Shown in pieces: positions 52,004 through 64,000 of a stretch of DNA of 64,000 bases. Source of the DNA: Hypanus sabinus (lineage: Eukaryota); NCBI RefSeq assembly GCF_030144855.1, contig NC_082731.1:21328001-21392000 (forward strand). Direction: 5' to 3'. Numbering within the stretch: position 1 is the stretch's first letter; every line of letters begins with the position of its first letter. The position numbers were made by a program, and so were the translations under genes. The notes under the pieces are model-generated. The model saw only the letters and a list, made by a program, of their open reading frames with translations. It searched no databases and was not told the origin of the DNA.

Positions 52004-52254
52004 GATTTTTTTGAAAATAAGATAATCAAAAGGTCTAGGAAGCAAGCTCTGAGGCTGGGCTTGATGAGCTGCAGAAGATTCACGTTGTGATAGTCTACTG
52101 GAAGAATGCGCAGATTGAGTAATGAAGTCAAAAAATCAAAGGTTGGTTAGGTGTTCAGTACGTCGGGAAACTGTAAATTGCAGTACGCAGTCGTACTCGG
52201 CTTCACCTGGCAGCTGGTGAGCGCTGGACGATTCAGTACGAATATTGCCATAGC

Positions 52255-52671
52255 ATGTATTTCAATAAGCACAGACGAACACAGCATTAGCCTCAATATG
52301 ATCAATCTGGCGAATTACACCGAGTTTTCGTATGTTGAATCGAAAGGTGTTCAAGTAAAGTCTGTTTTCCTGTCCGATTTAGCCAATTTAAATAAAATAT
52401 GCTCCATATTTTCCTTTGCGTATTTCCGATACTCTTGTTACCACTTAGTCCAGGTTACTAGTTGCAATTTAAAGTTATAACGTCTAATTTTGTCTTTCCG
52501 GGATACATTAGAGACGGAAAAGCAGAATCTCATTGACTGACACATAAAACCATAACTTGTTTCGGAGAATGCTTCAGAGTGTCTCGTGTTAATCCATATC
52601 AAAAGCAAATTATTTCCAAGAGAGAACGAAATAAATTCGATTGACAGGGTACTTCTACACTGTTGACTCAT
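52255..52671 (-). pseudogene. TCR V pseudogene, RSS decayed
   Basis: Minus strand ...VITLNCN**...EYRKYAKENMEHILFKL (WYRQ...PEYIL-like), frameshift, then GQENRLYLNTFRFNIRKLGVIRQIDHIEANAVFVCAY*. This resembles GREN...IERIEVADTTVYYCA of the intact V. Leader-like MSQQCRSTLSIEFISFSL upstream with a mutated donor. No recognisable RSS. Confidence 0.7.
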
Positions 52672-53589
52672 CGATGGTATCTGATGTATCTGAGGTAGTT
52701 AATTTTATTGGGACGAAAATCAGTATCGAAAAGTGATGCAATGAATAGGAGAAGCAGCAGAATGGCTCAGAATTGTGCTTCATGTGTATGTTATTATTCA
52801 CACTCGACAGTAACCACTCGGAGCATAAATGAAATCGCCATATTTACAACTCAGATCAGTCCTCCACTGACAATCATGCAGCATTATCATCCAAATAGAC
52901 CTTCAGAGAAGAAAGGTATTAAATAGTGTCCAGTGCAAGGAAACGGAATAGAGTGTGCTTGGCCGTTTTGTGTCACTAGAATACGATTTCGACAAGTAAA
53001 TAATCAATATTATGGGTGAGCCTTCCACTATGCTGTATCCGCAATTGGATAGTTGGAGAGCACAATGGTCAATGGAGAGCTGCTGTAGGACAAATGCTCC
53101 AAGTCGCTGAATAAATTGAGAATAATGAAGTCATATAATGGAGGTTATTCCATTACGTCATTTTTTCAGACCAAAATTCACGACACCGAACTGAAAAATA
53201 CTAACAGTCCTTCAAGTATTCATTTAATTAACCAAGTCACAATATACTAACTACGACTGTGTAGCGACAATGTATCACTGCCAACTATTTGCAATAAAAC
53301 CTAGTTGCTGAGTTTTGTTCTACCCGTGTTCCTTATTTAAAAGCAGTAAATGTATGTTTATTTTTCTTGTGTGTTCTGCATAAATGATACTATGTCTCTC
53401 CGATGTTGTTGCGAATAAGCTTTTTTAATTTTCAAACCACAAATCCATGCACTTAAATTTACTTACAAAATATAGTCTTGTATTTGCATTCAGGTAAATG
53501 AGTTTCATTACAATTTATTCACCAATCAATAGTAAAGCTTTCTTCAAAGAATGAGAGAAAATGATCGTGATTTCTTCAAACAGAATACA

Positions 53590-56500
53590 ATATATAGAAA
53601 CATAGAAATCCTTCAGCACAATACAGGCCCTTCGGCCCACAAAGTTGTGACGAGCATGTTCCTACCTTAGACATTATTAGGCTTAACTACAGCTCTCTAT
53701 TTTACTAGTCTCCATCTCCCCATCTGAAAGGCTATAAAAAGACCCTATTGTACTCCCTTCCACCACCGTTGCCGGCAGCCCATTCTGCGCACTCACCAAT
53801 CTGAATAAAAACTTACCCTTGATATCTCCTCTATACCTACTCCCCAGCATGTCAAAACTCTTTCCCCTTGTGGCAGCCATTTCAGTCCAGAGAAAAGCCT
53901 CTAACCATCCACACGATCAATGTATTTCATCTGTTGGACACCTCTGTCAGGTCACTTCACATCCTCCTTCACTCCAAAACGCCGTGTTCACGCAATCAAT
54001 TCTCATAAGACATGCTTCCCAATCCAAAAAAAAAATGCTTCTAAATCTCCTCTCTGCCCTTTCTATGGCTTCTGCACCCTTCCTGTAGTGAGGCGACCAG
54101 AACTGAGTACAGTACTCCAAGTGGTGTCTTACCACGGTCCGATATAGCAGCAACAGTACCAATCGGCTCCTAAATTCAGTTCCCCGATTGATGAAGTTCA
54201 ATACACCATAGGCCTTCTTAAACACACAGGCAACCCGGGCAGCTGCTTTTAGCCTTCTATGGACTCGTACCACAAGATCCCTCTGATCCTCCACACATCA
54301 AACAGTCTAACCATTAATACTATACTCTGCCAGTATATTTCACCTAACAAAATGAATCATTGCATCGCCTTGGATTCATACCTCCTTACTTTCTCAATAA
54401 GTCTTGCGTTATTGGGGTGCGTTATTAAATGCCTTGCTCTAATCCATATACACTACAACTACTGCTCTTGCTTCATCAATGTGTTTAGTCACATTCTCAA
54501 AATAATCAAGTAGGCTCGTAAGGCACGACCTGCCCTTGAGAAAGCCATGTTGACTACTACTAAACATATTATATGTCTCTAAACATTCATTAACCCTGCC
54601 GATCAGGATCTTCTCCATCATCTTACCGACCAGCAAGTTTACACTCACTGGTCTATAGTTTTTTGGGCTATCTCTACTCCCTTTCTTGAATAAAGGAACA
54701 ACAACCACAATACTCCAATCCTCCTGACTCTCTCCCGTCCCCAATGATGTTGGAAAGATTATCGCTAGAATCTCAGCAATCTCCGCTCTCGGCTTCCATA
54801 ATAGCCTGCGCTACATTTCGTACGGTCCCGGCGACTTATCCAACTTGATGCTTTCCCGTAACTCCAGCACATCGTATTTCTTAATTTCTACATGCTTAAG
54901 CTTTTCAGTCTGCTGCAAGTTATCAATACAATCAATAAGATCCTTTTCCACAGAGAATACTGAATTAAAGTTTTCATTAAGTACCTCTGTTTCATACAGA
55001 CTCTTTTGCTGTCACACTTGATAGTTCGTTTTCTCTCGTGTCTTATTGTCTTGCTCTTCACATACTTGTAGAACGCCTTGGGGATTTCCGTAATTCTGCC
55101 GGTAAGGCCTACTCATGCCCATTTCTGGCTCTCCTAATTTCGTTCTTAAGCTCCGAACTATTAGCTGTATAATCTTCTAGACCTCCAATATTACCTAGAT
55201 CTTTGAACATTTTGTAAGTTTTTCTTTTCTTCTTGACTAGATTTATTACAGCCTTTGTAAGCCACGGTTCCTGTAATTAACATCATTGCCCTGTCTCATT
55301 GGAACGTACCCATACAGAACTCTCCACAAATATCCTCTAAATATTAGCCTCCAATTTCCCATCTGATAGCTTCATAATTCCACTTACACCAACTAAACTC
55401 TTTTATTTGTGTCTCCCCATCTCTCTCCAATGCTGCTGTAAAATGATAGAATTATGATCGCTATCTCCAAAATGCTCTCACCGCTGATAGACATGAAACC
55501 AGTCCAAAATTTCCCAACAGCAAATCAAGTACAGCTTCTCCTGTAGTAGGGCCATCTACATATTGTGTCAATAAACCTTCCTAAGCACATTTAACAAACT
55601 CTACCCATCTAAACCCCTTGCTCCAGGGAGATGCCAGTCGATATCTGGGAAATTAAAATCTCCCAACACGACAACTCTGTTATTATTAATACTTTCCAGG
55701 TTCTGTTATCTATCTGCTCATCGAAATCCCTGTTACCATTAGGCTGCCTATAGAAGAAAAAAACAGTAAAGTCAGTGAACCCTTCCTGTTCCTAACCTCT
55801 ACACAGAGTCCTCCATGGCGTCCACATTTTCTGCAGACGTAACACCATCTCTGATCAACAGTCCCACGTCCCCACCTCATTCTCCTCCCTCCCTGTCCTT
55901 TGTGAAACATCTAAAACCCGTCACCTGAAGTAACCAATCACGTCCCTGAGCCATCCAAGTCTCTGTAATCTCCACCAGATCATACCTCCATGTACTGGTC
56001 CACACTCGAAGCTCAACAGCTTTGTTCACAACAATCTTTGCATTAAAATCTGCAGATCCCAAGCCTTCGTTCTGAGCGTCCCTTCTATATCAACTGCCTA
56101 CCCGCCCTCTCGGACTGTCTACAAGCTTTCTTTATTTCTGAGCTAACCTCCTCTTCCCCAGTCTCTTCTGTTCCTAGGCCCCAACAATTCCAGTTAAGCT
56201 CTCGCTAGTTGCCTTAGCAAGACACCCCTCCAGGATATTGACCGCCCGGGATTCAAGTGTAACCCGTCCTTTTTGTGCAATTCACACATGCCCCAAAAGA
56301 GGTTCCAGTTATCCAGAAATCTGAATTTCTGCCCCCTGCTCCAATCCGTCGGCCACGCATTTATCCTGTAACTCATTCTATTTCTTTTCCCGCTGTCACA
56401 TGGCACAGGTAGTAATCCCAAGATTACTACCTTTGCGGTTCTGCTGCTCAAATTCCTTTCTAACTGTCTGTAGTCTTTTTTCAGGTCCTCTTCCCTTTTC

Positions 56501-57200
56501 CTACCTATGTCATTGATACCAATATTTACACGACATCTGTCCGTTCTCCCTCCCAATGCGGGATAACTTGAATACGATCGGAAACGTCCCGGATCCTGGG
56601 GCCTGAGAGGCAAACTACCATCCGAACTTGTTACTTGAGTCCACAGAATTGCCTGTCTGACCCCAAAACTGTAGCGTCCCTTATCGCTACCGCCTTTCTT
56701 TTCCTCTCACTACCCTCCCGAGCCACAGGGCCTTACTTTGTGCCACAGGCGTGTCCACTGTCGCTTCCCCAAGTACGCTGTCCCCACAACAGTACTTATT
56801 CAGTTGTACTTATTGTCAAGGTGTACACCCACAGGGAACACTCTGGTAGCCGATTCTTCTACACGCCCTCCTACCTGTGACCCACTAGTCCATCTCCCTT
56901 GTCTCTGGTGTGGTCACCTGCCTGTAACTACTCTCTATCACATCCTCGCTCTCCTTGGCTAAGCGACTGACATCGAACTGCATCTTCAGTTCTCTAGCTC
57001 GGTCCCTCAAAAGTTGCAGCTCGATATACCTGCTACAGATGTTGTCGTGCGGGAGGATTGGAGACTCAAGGATCCCCCAACATCTGACACCGAGCACATA
57101 AATCTGCCTAAGACCAACCTAGCTCCTAAGTGCTGAAAAAAAAACACACCGCTATCATGAATTTGATTGGGAATGTAAATGTGAGCACCGGTTTTTAATG
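53590..57200 (-). mobile_element. Near full-span CR1 LINE with ORF1 SGNH-esterase domain, internally deleted
   Basis: ORF1 zinc finger/zipper remnant (ICSRYIELQLLRDRAREL) and esterase (NIGINDIGR...LHKKDGLHLN); ORF2 remnants (PLFKKGSRDSPKNYRPVS, SSQHGFLKGRSCLT, HLEYCTQFWSP); 3' tail at ~53600. Confidence 0.9.
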
Positions 57201-57539
57201 TACCCAACCGATTATGTTTACCCCAGGCATGTGAAAGCAGGTGGAAGTAGCTTAGTGGCCAAATTGCCACTTTGCCAAATTGCATGATTCTTCAATAAGA
57301 TTTGCCCGGTGGATTTTTCCCTCTACAGATTCACCATAATGTGTTTAGCCTGTTTCTGCAGTTTTTTTTAAATTTTCAATTGTAGCTTTAGTGTCATTTA
57401 AAATATCGTAAAATTGAATGGTTCGTTCCTTAATCATTCAATTTAGGCCAGTGGAATTTTGCTGCGTGTTTGAGTCAATTTTGCTAGATGTTCGACGTAG
57501 ATTGGGAGTCTGTTTCGTCTGCATGGGCTAGAAGAAACA

Positions 57540-58010
57540 GAATCTCCCCGTTGCAACCCAGATTAATTTCACTCCAATTCCCATCCCGATACCTCAATCC
57601 AAGTCCTCTTCTGCCGCATTGAGGACAAGCTCAGGTTGGGGGAACAACATATTCTATTCTGTCTGTGTGGCGACCATCTTCTAAGTACAACCATTGAATT
57701 ACCGAACCCCTGGTAATACTCAGCCCCTTACTCAACCATTGTCCAACCCTTTTTCGTCTTTCACCCCATGTCATCACATCTGTCTCTCTCACCGGTCATG
57801 TATATTTTCGCAAATCAACTTCCCAGCTCTTTACTTCATCACTCCCCTTGCTGGTTTCATGATCATCTTCTTTTTCTCTGAACAACCCCCTCCCCACGTT
57901 TTAATTATGAATCTCATCTGTTTTTTTTTGTTTTCTCCTGCCCTACCGATGCTCCTCGGCCCGAAACCGTCGACTGTAGTTGTTTCTGACATGCGATTCG
58001 TCACTGCAGA
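57540..58010 (+). mobile_element. Penelope-like element 3' fragment, decayed
   Basis: GIY-YIG C-terminal remnant (...GGAACAACATATTCTATTCTG...) followed by a purine/pyrimidine-biased tract and CTCGGCCCGAAAC.GTCGAC. Confidence 0.6.
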
Positions 58011-58899
58011 TGAATGGTGGAAAGACACATTCTGTCAGATGACGCAGAAGCTTGAGACAAGTATTCTGTCATCCTGATCCTTCTAGAAGCTAAAAGTTTG
58101 TGAAGCCCAGCAAGGTGTGTGAGAAATCGTGGTTTATCTTATAGCCACGTTATTGTGTTTTGGTATATATCAGAACCCGAGTCTCTGATATGGCAGCCTG
58201 CATGTTAATATTTGAACCCCTCTGACATGGTCGCGGACTGTCATCGTTTTCCATACAACATCTCTGACTCGCACTATGTTTTGGATTTATTAAATACAGT
58301 TTATTAACATGGATAGTTTTGTGTGTGGTATCGGACTCCAGGATATTGTCCTCTATCATCAGAGTAATCATAATCGTAAAACTTTTATATATGGCTTTCA
58401 CAAATTACTTCCACATGACAGACATGCCAGTTCCTTGAACTTGTAATAGTTTTTGCTAAAGGGTGATATGGAAACGTTGCAAGACCCTATCTTTTTTTTT
58501 TGATGTACTGAACGTGCTAACATTTGAGAAGATGGCAAGGTCTGCAATATCAACGGTCTGCATTTTACAAAATCACCATATGAATTAAAAAAAAATCTCG
58601 TCTGTTGTTCAGCAAACCACCCTGGCTCAAAAACTAGTCAACAATATTTTTTTCAGCTCGACGAAAATGCAAGCATATTTCCACTCCGAGATTTAATGTG
58701 CCACAATATTTGTATCCGGAGGGAAGAGTTATACTGTACTATATTACATTGGATTTAAACTCAGTTGCATAACTTTCATGTGCAACATTGCTACGAGGTG
58801 TCTTACAGTTTTTCAGTAATATACAGTATGTTCAAGCAGCTGATTTCACACATGAACTTGACATATTAGACTGGACCTTCAGACCAGCTTCACATATTG

Positions 58900-59660
58900 A
58901 CAAGCCGTGCTTTCTGACCTATCATCAATAATTGCTTGTTTGTCATTTGAGGCCTCAGTGTTTCACAGTCCTTTCACTTCTTTTCTTTTTAAATATGTGA
59001 CAGAACTCTTTCACTTGAGGACTCTCAAATTCATGTGTTCTGGACATCCCCGCGGCTCGTTAAATTTTGGAAAGATGTATTTCAAACTTTCCGGCAGCTG
59101 TTTAAATTAAATTTTAAACCCAACCTTATGACTGCCTTGTTTGGCATTGTTGGAGGAAATGATTTTAATCTTAAGCCGAATGATTTGCATATGTTGGCTT
59201 TTATTTCTCCTTTAGCCAGAAGAGTTTCGTTGCTTAAATGGGAATATGCCCATCCGTCTACTCATGCCCATTCGTTGAGTGATGTTATGTCCTGTTTAAA
59301 TTCAGAGAAGATTGGTCGTCCTTTTTTGTACAGAGACAAGATTTATCAACATTATGGGTTCCTTTTTGGAACTGCTTACACAATTTTTGAATTGTTCCGC
59401 AACGATGATAGCTATTATATGTTTGAATTTACGACTAAATTCAGGATTTTTTTTCTCTTAACCAAACAGCGTTTGTTTCCTCTTTTTTTGTTATGGGGTT
59501 TTGATTTTAATTTAGATTAGAATAAAATGTATCTCTTCAATATTAGGTTTAATTTGCTATATACAGATATTTCAACTTTGCTTCTGTTTTCATATTATCA
59601 TAGTGTATTGTATTCATCTATGCATGCAATCAACAAAACATATTGAAAAAAAGAATAATT
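58900..59660 (+). mobile_element. L1-clade LINE 3' end (ORF2 C-terminus)
   Basis: ORF 59035-59520 MFWTSPRLVKFWKDVF...ALFG...LARR..LLKW resembles the fish L1 ORF2 C-terminus; T-rich UTR and A-rich end at ~59645. Confidence 0.75.
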
Positions 59661-61610
59661 GAGACTGTTGCATGCAAAGTTTTATAGTGGTGATTATTTG
59701 TATGTTTTTTTCCTGATTTCTTTTTACACTTGAGCACACACGCTGCTGGTAAGGCAACTAAGAAAAAAATAACGTCATCTAGTTTGGAAAATGTTGCACT
59801 CATTCCAGATAGGCAGATAGGGAAGTGAAAAGATAACCAGCTGGCTGATGTTAAGTGAAGACACGTGTGTCGGAGAACTTTGAAAGAACAACTGAATGAG
59901 ATTCAAGAATGAAGTCGTCTACAGTCTTCACTGTAATATCAATAATCTGCTATCTGTCCGAAACATCCATGACAAAGAAAAATAAAATGTTTACAACCTG
60001 AGGAAGCATGAGCAGATAAATTATCATATTGAGAGATGAATGCAGGAAAATGGAAATGCGTGAAAGAAGACTGAATCTTATACAGCAGGAGAGTGGAGTA
60101 TTGGACAAACGGTATTGGAAAAAAGTGCCACCAGAGGCAGTTGAGGTGAAGGAAGACTCCAGATCGTGCGATTGCAGCAGAACATAGGGAATTTGCAAGA
60201 ATGGGAAATAAAGCGCCAGACCAGTAATGATGTTGGAAAACTGTACGAAAACGCATTTTGATAAAATGACCAGGCTTTTGAGTACAATGGATTCCAGAGT
60301 CGTTACTGGAAAAAAAGAGTGGAGAGGATCACATCACCTTCCTATTCTACGTTATTCTATTTTTACATTCCAGTAATAAGGAAGAATCTTTGCCCAAAAT
60401 ATTATCGATATTGGCATTTTCCTAAATATTATATCTGACCAAAAATACTCATTTCCCTTTCAAATAATATTATGAATTGCAGTGTTTACAGTTGTGAACG
60501 TTCAGCTAGGCGATTATCATTTATTTCTCTATTCAATTTGCCATTATTATTGTTAAAATCTGAACGGGTTGCGGCAACATGAACGAATTTATTTTTAAGT
60601 GTGACTTTTGAAGGTCTATCATCATTTTATTTATTTTGAGATTTTTTTTACATATCCCAAAAATTGACTTTCACTTTTCGAAATATATCAGTTTCTGTCT
60701 GATGCTCATGCCATTTGCAGTTAAGCTGATAATAAGACCGCCCTGATCAAAGTCGCCGTTTGCTTACTGATTTGCAGTCCATTCTGCAGTTCATTTATCA
60801 GTTATCTTATCTTTGATATTCCCATATGGTTAACGCTTGCTTTCACATTTGATCTCTTCGTGCCCATCAGCGATCACAAACTGAAAAGCTGATACTGCAC
60901 AGAGTGAACGGTGGCTGTCTTCAGAGGAAATGTGACATTTGCAAAAGTAAATGTAACATTCACCAACTTATCTTTCGTGGGTCTTGTTACCCAGCAATAA
61001 AAATATTCAGGAGAATTTTTGTGATTCAGAAAACTTTGCAGACCTTTGCTGTCTGCAGGAATCATCTGCCAGCCAGCCGTTTTTTTTTAAAATCACCAGT
61101 ACTGTATTTAAAGTATTGCATTGAGTATCGAAGATATCAAAGGATTCACAATTGCAGGCCATAATATAAATAATATCAGATATTCTGATGACATCGTACC
61201 AACAGTTAATTCAGAATACAAAATGTCAAGAACAACTCATTATAGTGGAAGCAGGAAGTAATCACAGAGGCCTCTCAATCAACAACAAGAAGACAGAGAG
61301 CATCGTCTCATCCAGAAGACACGCATCCCACAGTAAGTGAACAAGATCGGAAACACAAACATCAAACAAGTAAACAAATTCCGATATCTTAGCAGCTAAT
61401 AATAAGAGATGGCAGTTGCGACACTGATTTCAGATACAGAATACCAAAGGGAAAAGGAGCTTTCCAAAAAATGAAGACCGTATTAACAGGCAGAAAAATG
61501 AGCATGTACATTAAAATAGAATACTGCAGTGCTACATGTATTCTATCCGGACTTACAGAACTGAATGCTGGACCATTCCCCAGCAATGGAAATGAGACTG
61601 GAAGCATCTG

Positions 61611-62757
61611 ATGGCAACACGATTGAATCTGCAGATGATGGAAATAAATAAAAACACAAAATGGTTGCAGGACTCAGCAGGCCAGACAGCTTCTATGGGA
61701 GGAGGTAGTGACGACATTTCGGGTCGCAACCCTTTATCAGAAGTGAAGTAACATGGGATGGTCAAGGGGAGATAAAAGAGGGGGGAGGGGTGGTGTAGAG
61801 CTGGGAAGTGATAGGCTGGAGGGAAATGGGCTAAGGGAAAAGTGGATAATTATGGAAAAGAAAAGAGAAAGAAGGGTAGGGCTGGGGGGAGATTATAGTG
61901 AGTGGGGGGAAAGAGAGAGAGAAAGGGAACCAGACTAAAATTATAGATAGGGATGGGATAACGGGGGCGGGGGGTGGGGGGCAGGGATATCAAAGGAGTT
62001 CTGTGAATTCAATGTTCTGCCGGCAGGTAGGAGGCTACCTAGGCGGGAGATAAGGTATTGCTCCATCGACCTGCGTATGGCCTCATCTTGACGGTAGAAC
62101 AGGCCATGGACAGACATATGTGAGTGGGAGTGGTCTGTGGAATTGAAGTGTGTGGCCAAAGGGAGATGCCGAGTGGTCTGTGAAATTAAGTGTGTGGCCA
62201 CAGGAACACCTCGTTTCGCCAAACACCGGCGCTCAGTCCTCCAGCAGAGGCGAGATCTCCCTGTGGCCACACACTTCAATTCCACAGACGACTCCCATTC
62301 TGATATGTCTGTCCATGGCTTCCTCTAACGTCAAGATGAGGTCACACGCAGGTCGATGGAGCAATACCTTATCTCCCGCCGAGGTAGCCTCCTACCTGCC
62401 GGCATGATCATTCAACTCACTGAACTCCGTTGATACCCCTGCCCCCCCTTACCCCACCCCTATCTATAATTTTAGTCTGGTTCTCCTTCTCTCTTCCCCA
62501 CCCCTCACTATAATATACCCCGCCCTACCTTTTCTTTTATTTCACATAATTCTCCACCTTTCCCTTAACCCATTTCCCTCCAGTCTATCACTTCCCAGCT
62601 CTCTACTTTATCGCTCCCTCCAATTCTTATCCCCCCTCAACCATCCGATGTTACTTCACTCCTGATGAAGGGTTTCGGCCCGAAACGTCGTCACTACATT
62701 CTCCCATAGATGCTGTCTGGCCTGCTGCGTTCTGCCAGCATTTGTGTTTTTTTTTCT
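61611..62757. mobile_element. Penelope-like element: two inverted 3' copies forming a ~1.1-kb palindrome
   Basis: The GIY-YIG C-terminus (RFAKHRRSV...DLPVATHFNS..HSHSDMSVHG..EQYLISR.GSLLPAG) is encoded on both strands. Arms of ~500 bp; flanked by the direct repeat GAAGCATCTG. Confidence 0.85.
62661..62690 (+). ncRNA. Minimal type I hammerhead ribozyme motif (Penelope type)
   Basis: c-CTGATGA-A-GGGT(TTCG)GCCC-GAA-ACGT-C-g: conserved core, UUCG-capped stem II, palindromic stem III, GUC cleavage triplet. Confidence 0.65.
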
Positions 62758-63164
62758 GAAGCATCTGTATTATGGTTCTACTGGAGAATGTTAAAAATAT
62801 CATAGAATACAGACACATAAAATGAAAATGTTCGTAGAAGAGCCGAAGCAGATAAGTCACTCATACAAACAATGAGAAAGACAACTCAGATTCCTGGAAC
62901 ACATAATTGGGAAGGATGATCTGGAATAACTCATACGCTCTGGAAAGTTTGATGGGAGGAAACCCAGAGAAAGAACTCGGTTTATGTACAACAGAAACAT
63001 AGCCAAGTGGCTATACATCGAGGAAATGGAAGTCATCGAAAGAACGGCGGATAGATCTATATGGAAAACCATGCCACCAACGTCCTTATCGGATATGGTA
63101 CCTAGACATACAAAGAGACTGTATTTAAGTATCGCCGTTCTTGCGTTGGTTTACCCTATTGCCT

Positions 63165-63660
63165 ACCAAAGACATCGAAAAAACACAACACAATACAGGC
63201 CCTTCGGCCCACAACGCTGTGCCGAACATTTCCTTACCTTTAATCTAACTAGGCTTACACACATCCCTTTTTTTTTCCTAAGCATGTACATATCCAGGAG
63301 TCACTAAAAGACCATTTGTATTCCACCTCAACCGCCGCCACCAGCAGCCGTTTCCAAGAACTCACTAGTCTCTGCATAAACAATTTCCCCCTGACATCTA
63401 CTCTGTATTTCCTGCCAAGCACATTAAAACTATACCCTCTCGAGCTACCCATTTTAGCCTTGGAAAAAAAGAAGAGTCTCAGACAAACTACACGATCAAT
63501 GCCTCTCACTATCTTGCACACATCTATCCGGTCACCACTCATCCTCCGTCGCTCCAAGGATAAAAGTGCGAGTTTACTCAAACTATTCTCATAAAGCATG
63601 TTCCCCAATCCAGGCAGCGTCCTTTCTATGGTTTCCACGACTTGCCATAGTGAGCCGACT
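63165..63660 (-). mobile_element. CR1 3' fragment
   Basis: ORF 63638-63255 (LSLERRRMSGDRIDV...LFMQRLVSSWKRL) and a CR1 tail. Confidence 0.85.
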
Positions 63661-64000
63661 AGAATTGAGCATCAATTGTCCAGTGGAGTGTTTCAGGGAT
63701 CTGTTCTGGGATCCCTATCTTTGTGATTTTGATAAATGACCTCGGCCGCCATGCAGAATATGATCCCTGTACAACCATACTTTGCCTTCTTGGGGCATGT
63801 CAGTTCTGGATTTACAAAGTAATTACTCTTGGATACCATACCTCCTTAATTTCTCAATAAGGCTTGTCAAACCCCTTGTTAAAGTCCATATACACTACAT
63901 CTGCGGTTCTGCTTCATCAGTGTGCCTTTTACTTGCCTTTTACAACGCCATGCTGACTATTACATATCATATTAAGCCTCTCCAAATGTTCATAACTACT

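Larger units (their letters stand above)
61140..63120 (+). mobile_element. RTE-clade LINE 3' portion, split by a Penelope-like insertion
   Basis: GHNINNIRYSDD RT motif at ~61157; sequence resumes after 62757 with WFYWRMLKIS-like and LIRSGKFDGRKPR-like remnants. Confidence 0.7.

Noticed and set aside
52151-52480. Plus-strand ORF with VH-like words (GFTW, GRFST, SISLNMINL)
   Set aside because: Motif spacing is wrong, there are no YYC or RSS, and it is largely the antisense of the better supported minus-strand V pseudogene.
53040-53098. CACAATG-22-ACAAATGCT after a VH-like ...GAGAG end
   Set aside because: No YYC or other V motifs upstream, and the nonamer is weak.
59950-60330. Possible gypsy integrase zinc-binding remnant
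   Set aside because: Similarity is too degenerate to support without a search.
1-64000. J, D or constant segments; CRISPR arrays; tRNA and rRNA genes
   Set aside because: I found no 12-RSS plus FGxG motif with a donor, no short segments flanked by paired RSSs, and no repeat-spacer arrays or structural RNA genes by eye.

Overview
Eukaryotic genomic DNA, most likely from a cartilaginous fish (shark, ray or skate). This is inferred from the dense CR1, Rex1, Penelope-like, RTE, L1 and chromovirus retroelements. Roughly half to 60% of the window is decayed transposon sequence, and most ORFs in the track are transposon fragments or noise. The host content is a T-cell receptor variable (V) gene-segment cluster, alpha/delta type by sequence character. 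One V gene looks intact on the minus strand: leader exon 46287-46233, 95-bp phase-1 intron, V exon 46137-45848 and a 23-bp-spacer RSS at 45847-45809. A plus-strand V pseudogene with its own 23-RSS faces it tail-to-tail, with only 42 bp between the two nonamers. Further V pseudogenes occur on both strands, clearest at about 51.2 kb and 52.4 kb, weaker at about 6, 13.6, 14, 28 and 39.5 kb. The 14 kb relic has Ig-heavy-like framework features. I found no D, J or C segments. Penelope-type minimal hammerhead ribozyme motifs are present, including a pair in a ~1.1-kb inverted-repeat insertion. All calls were made by eye without database searches; TE boundaries are approximate and the decayed V calls need profile-HMM confirmation.
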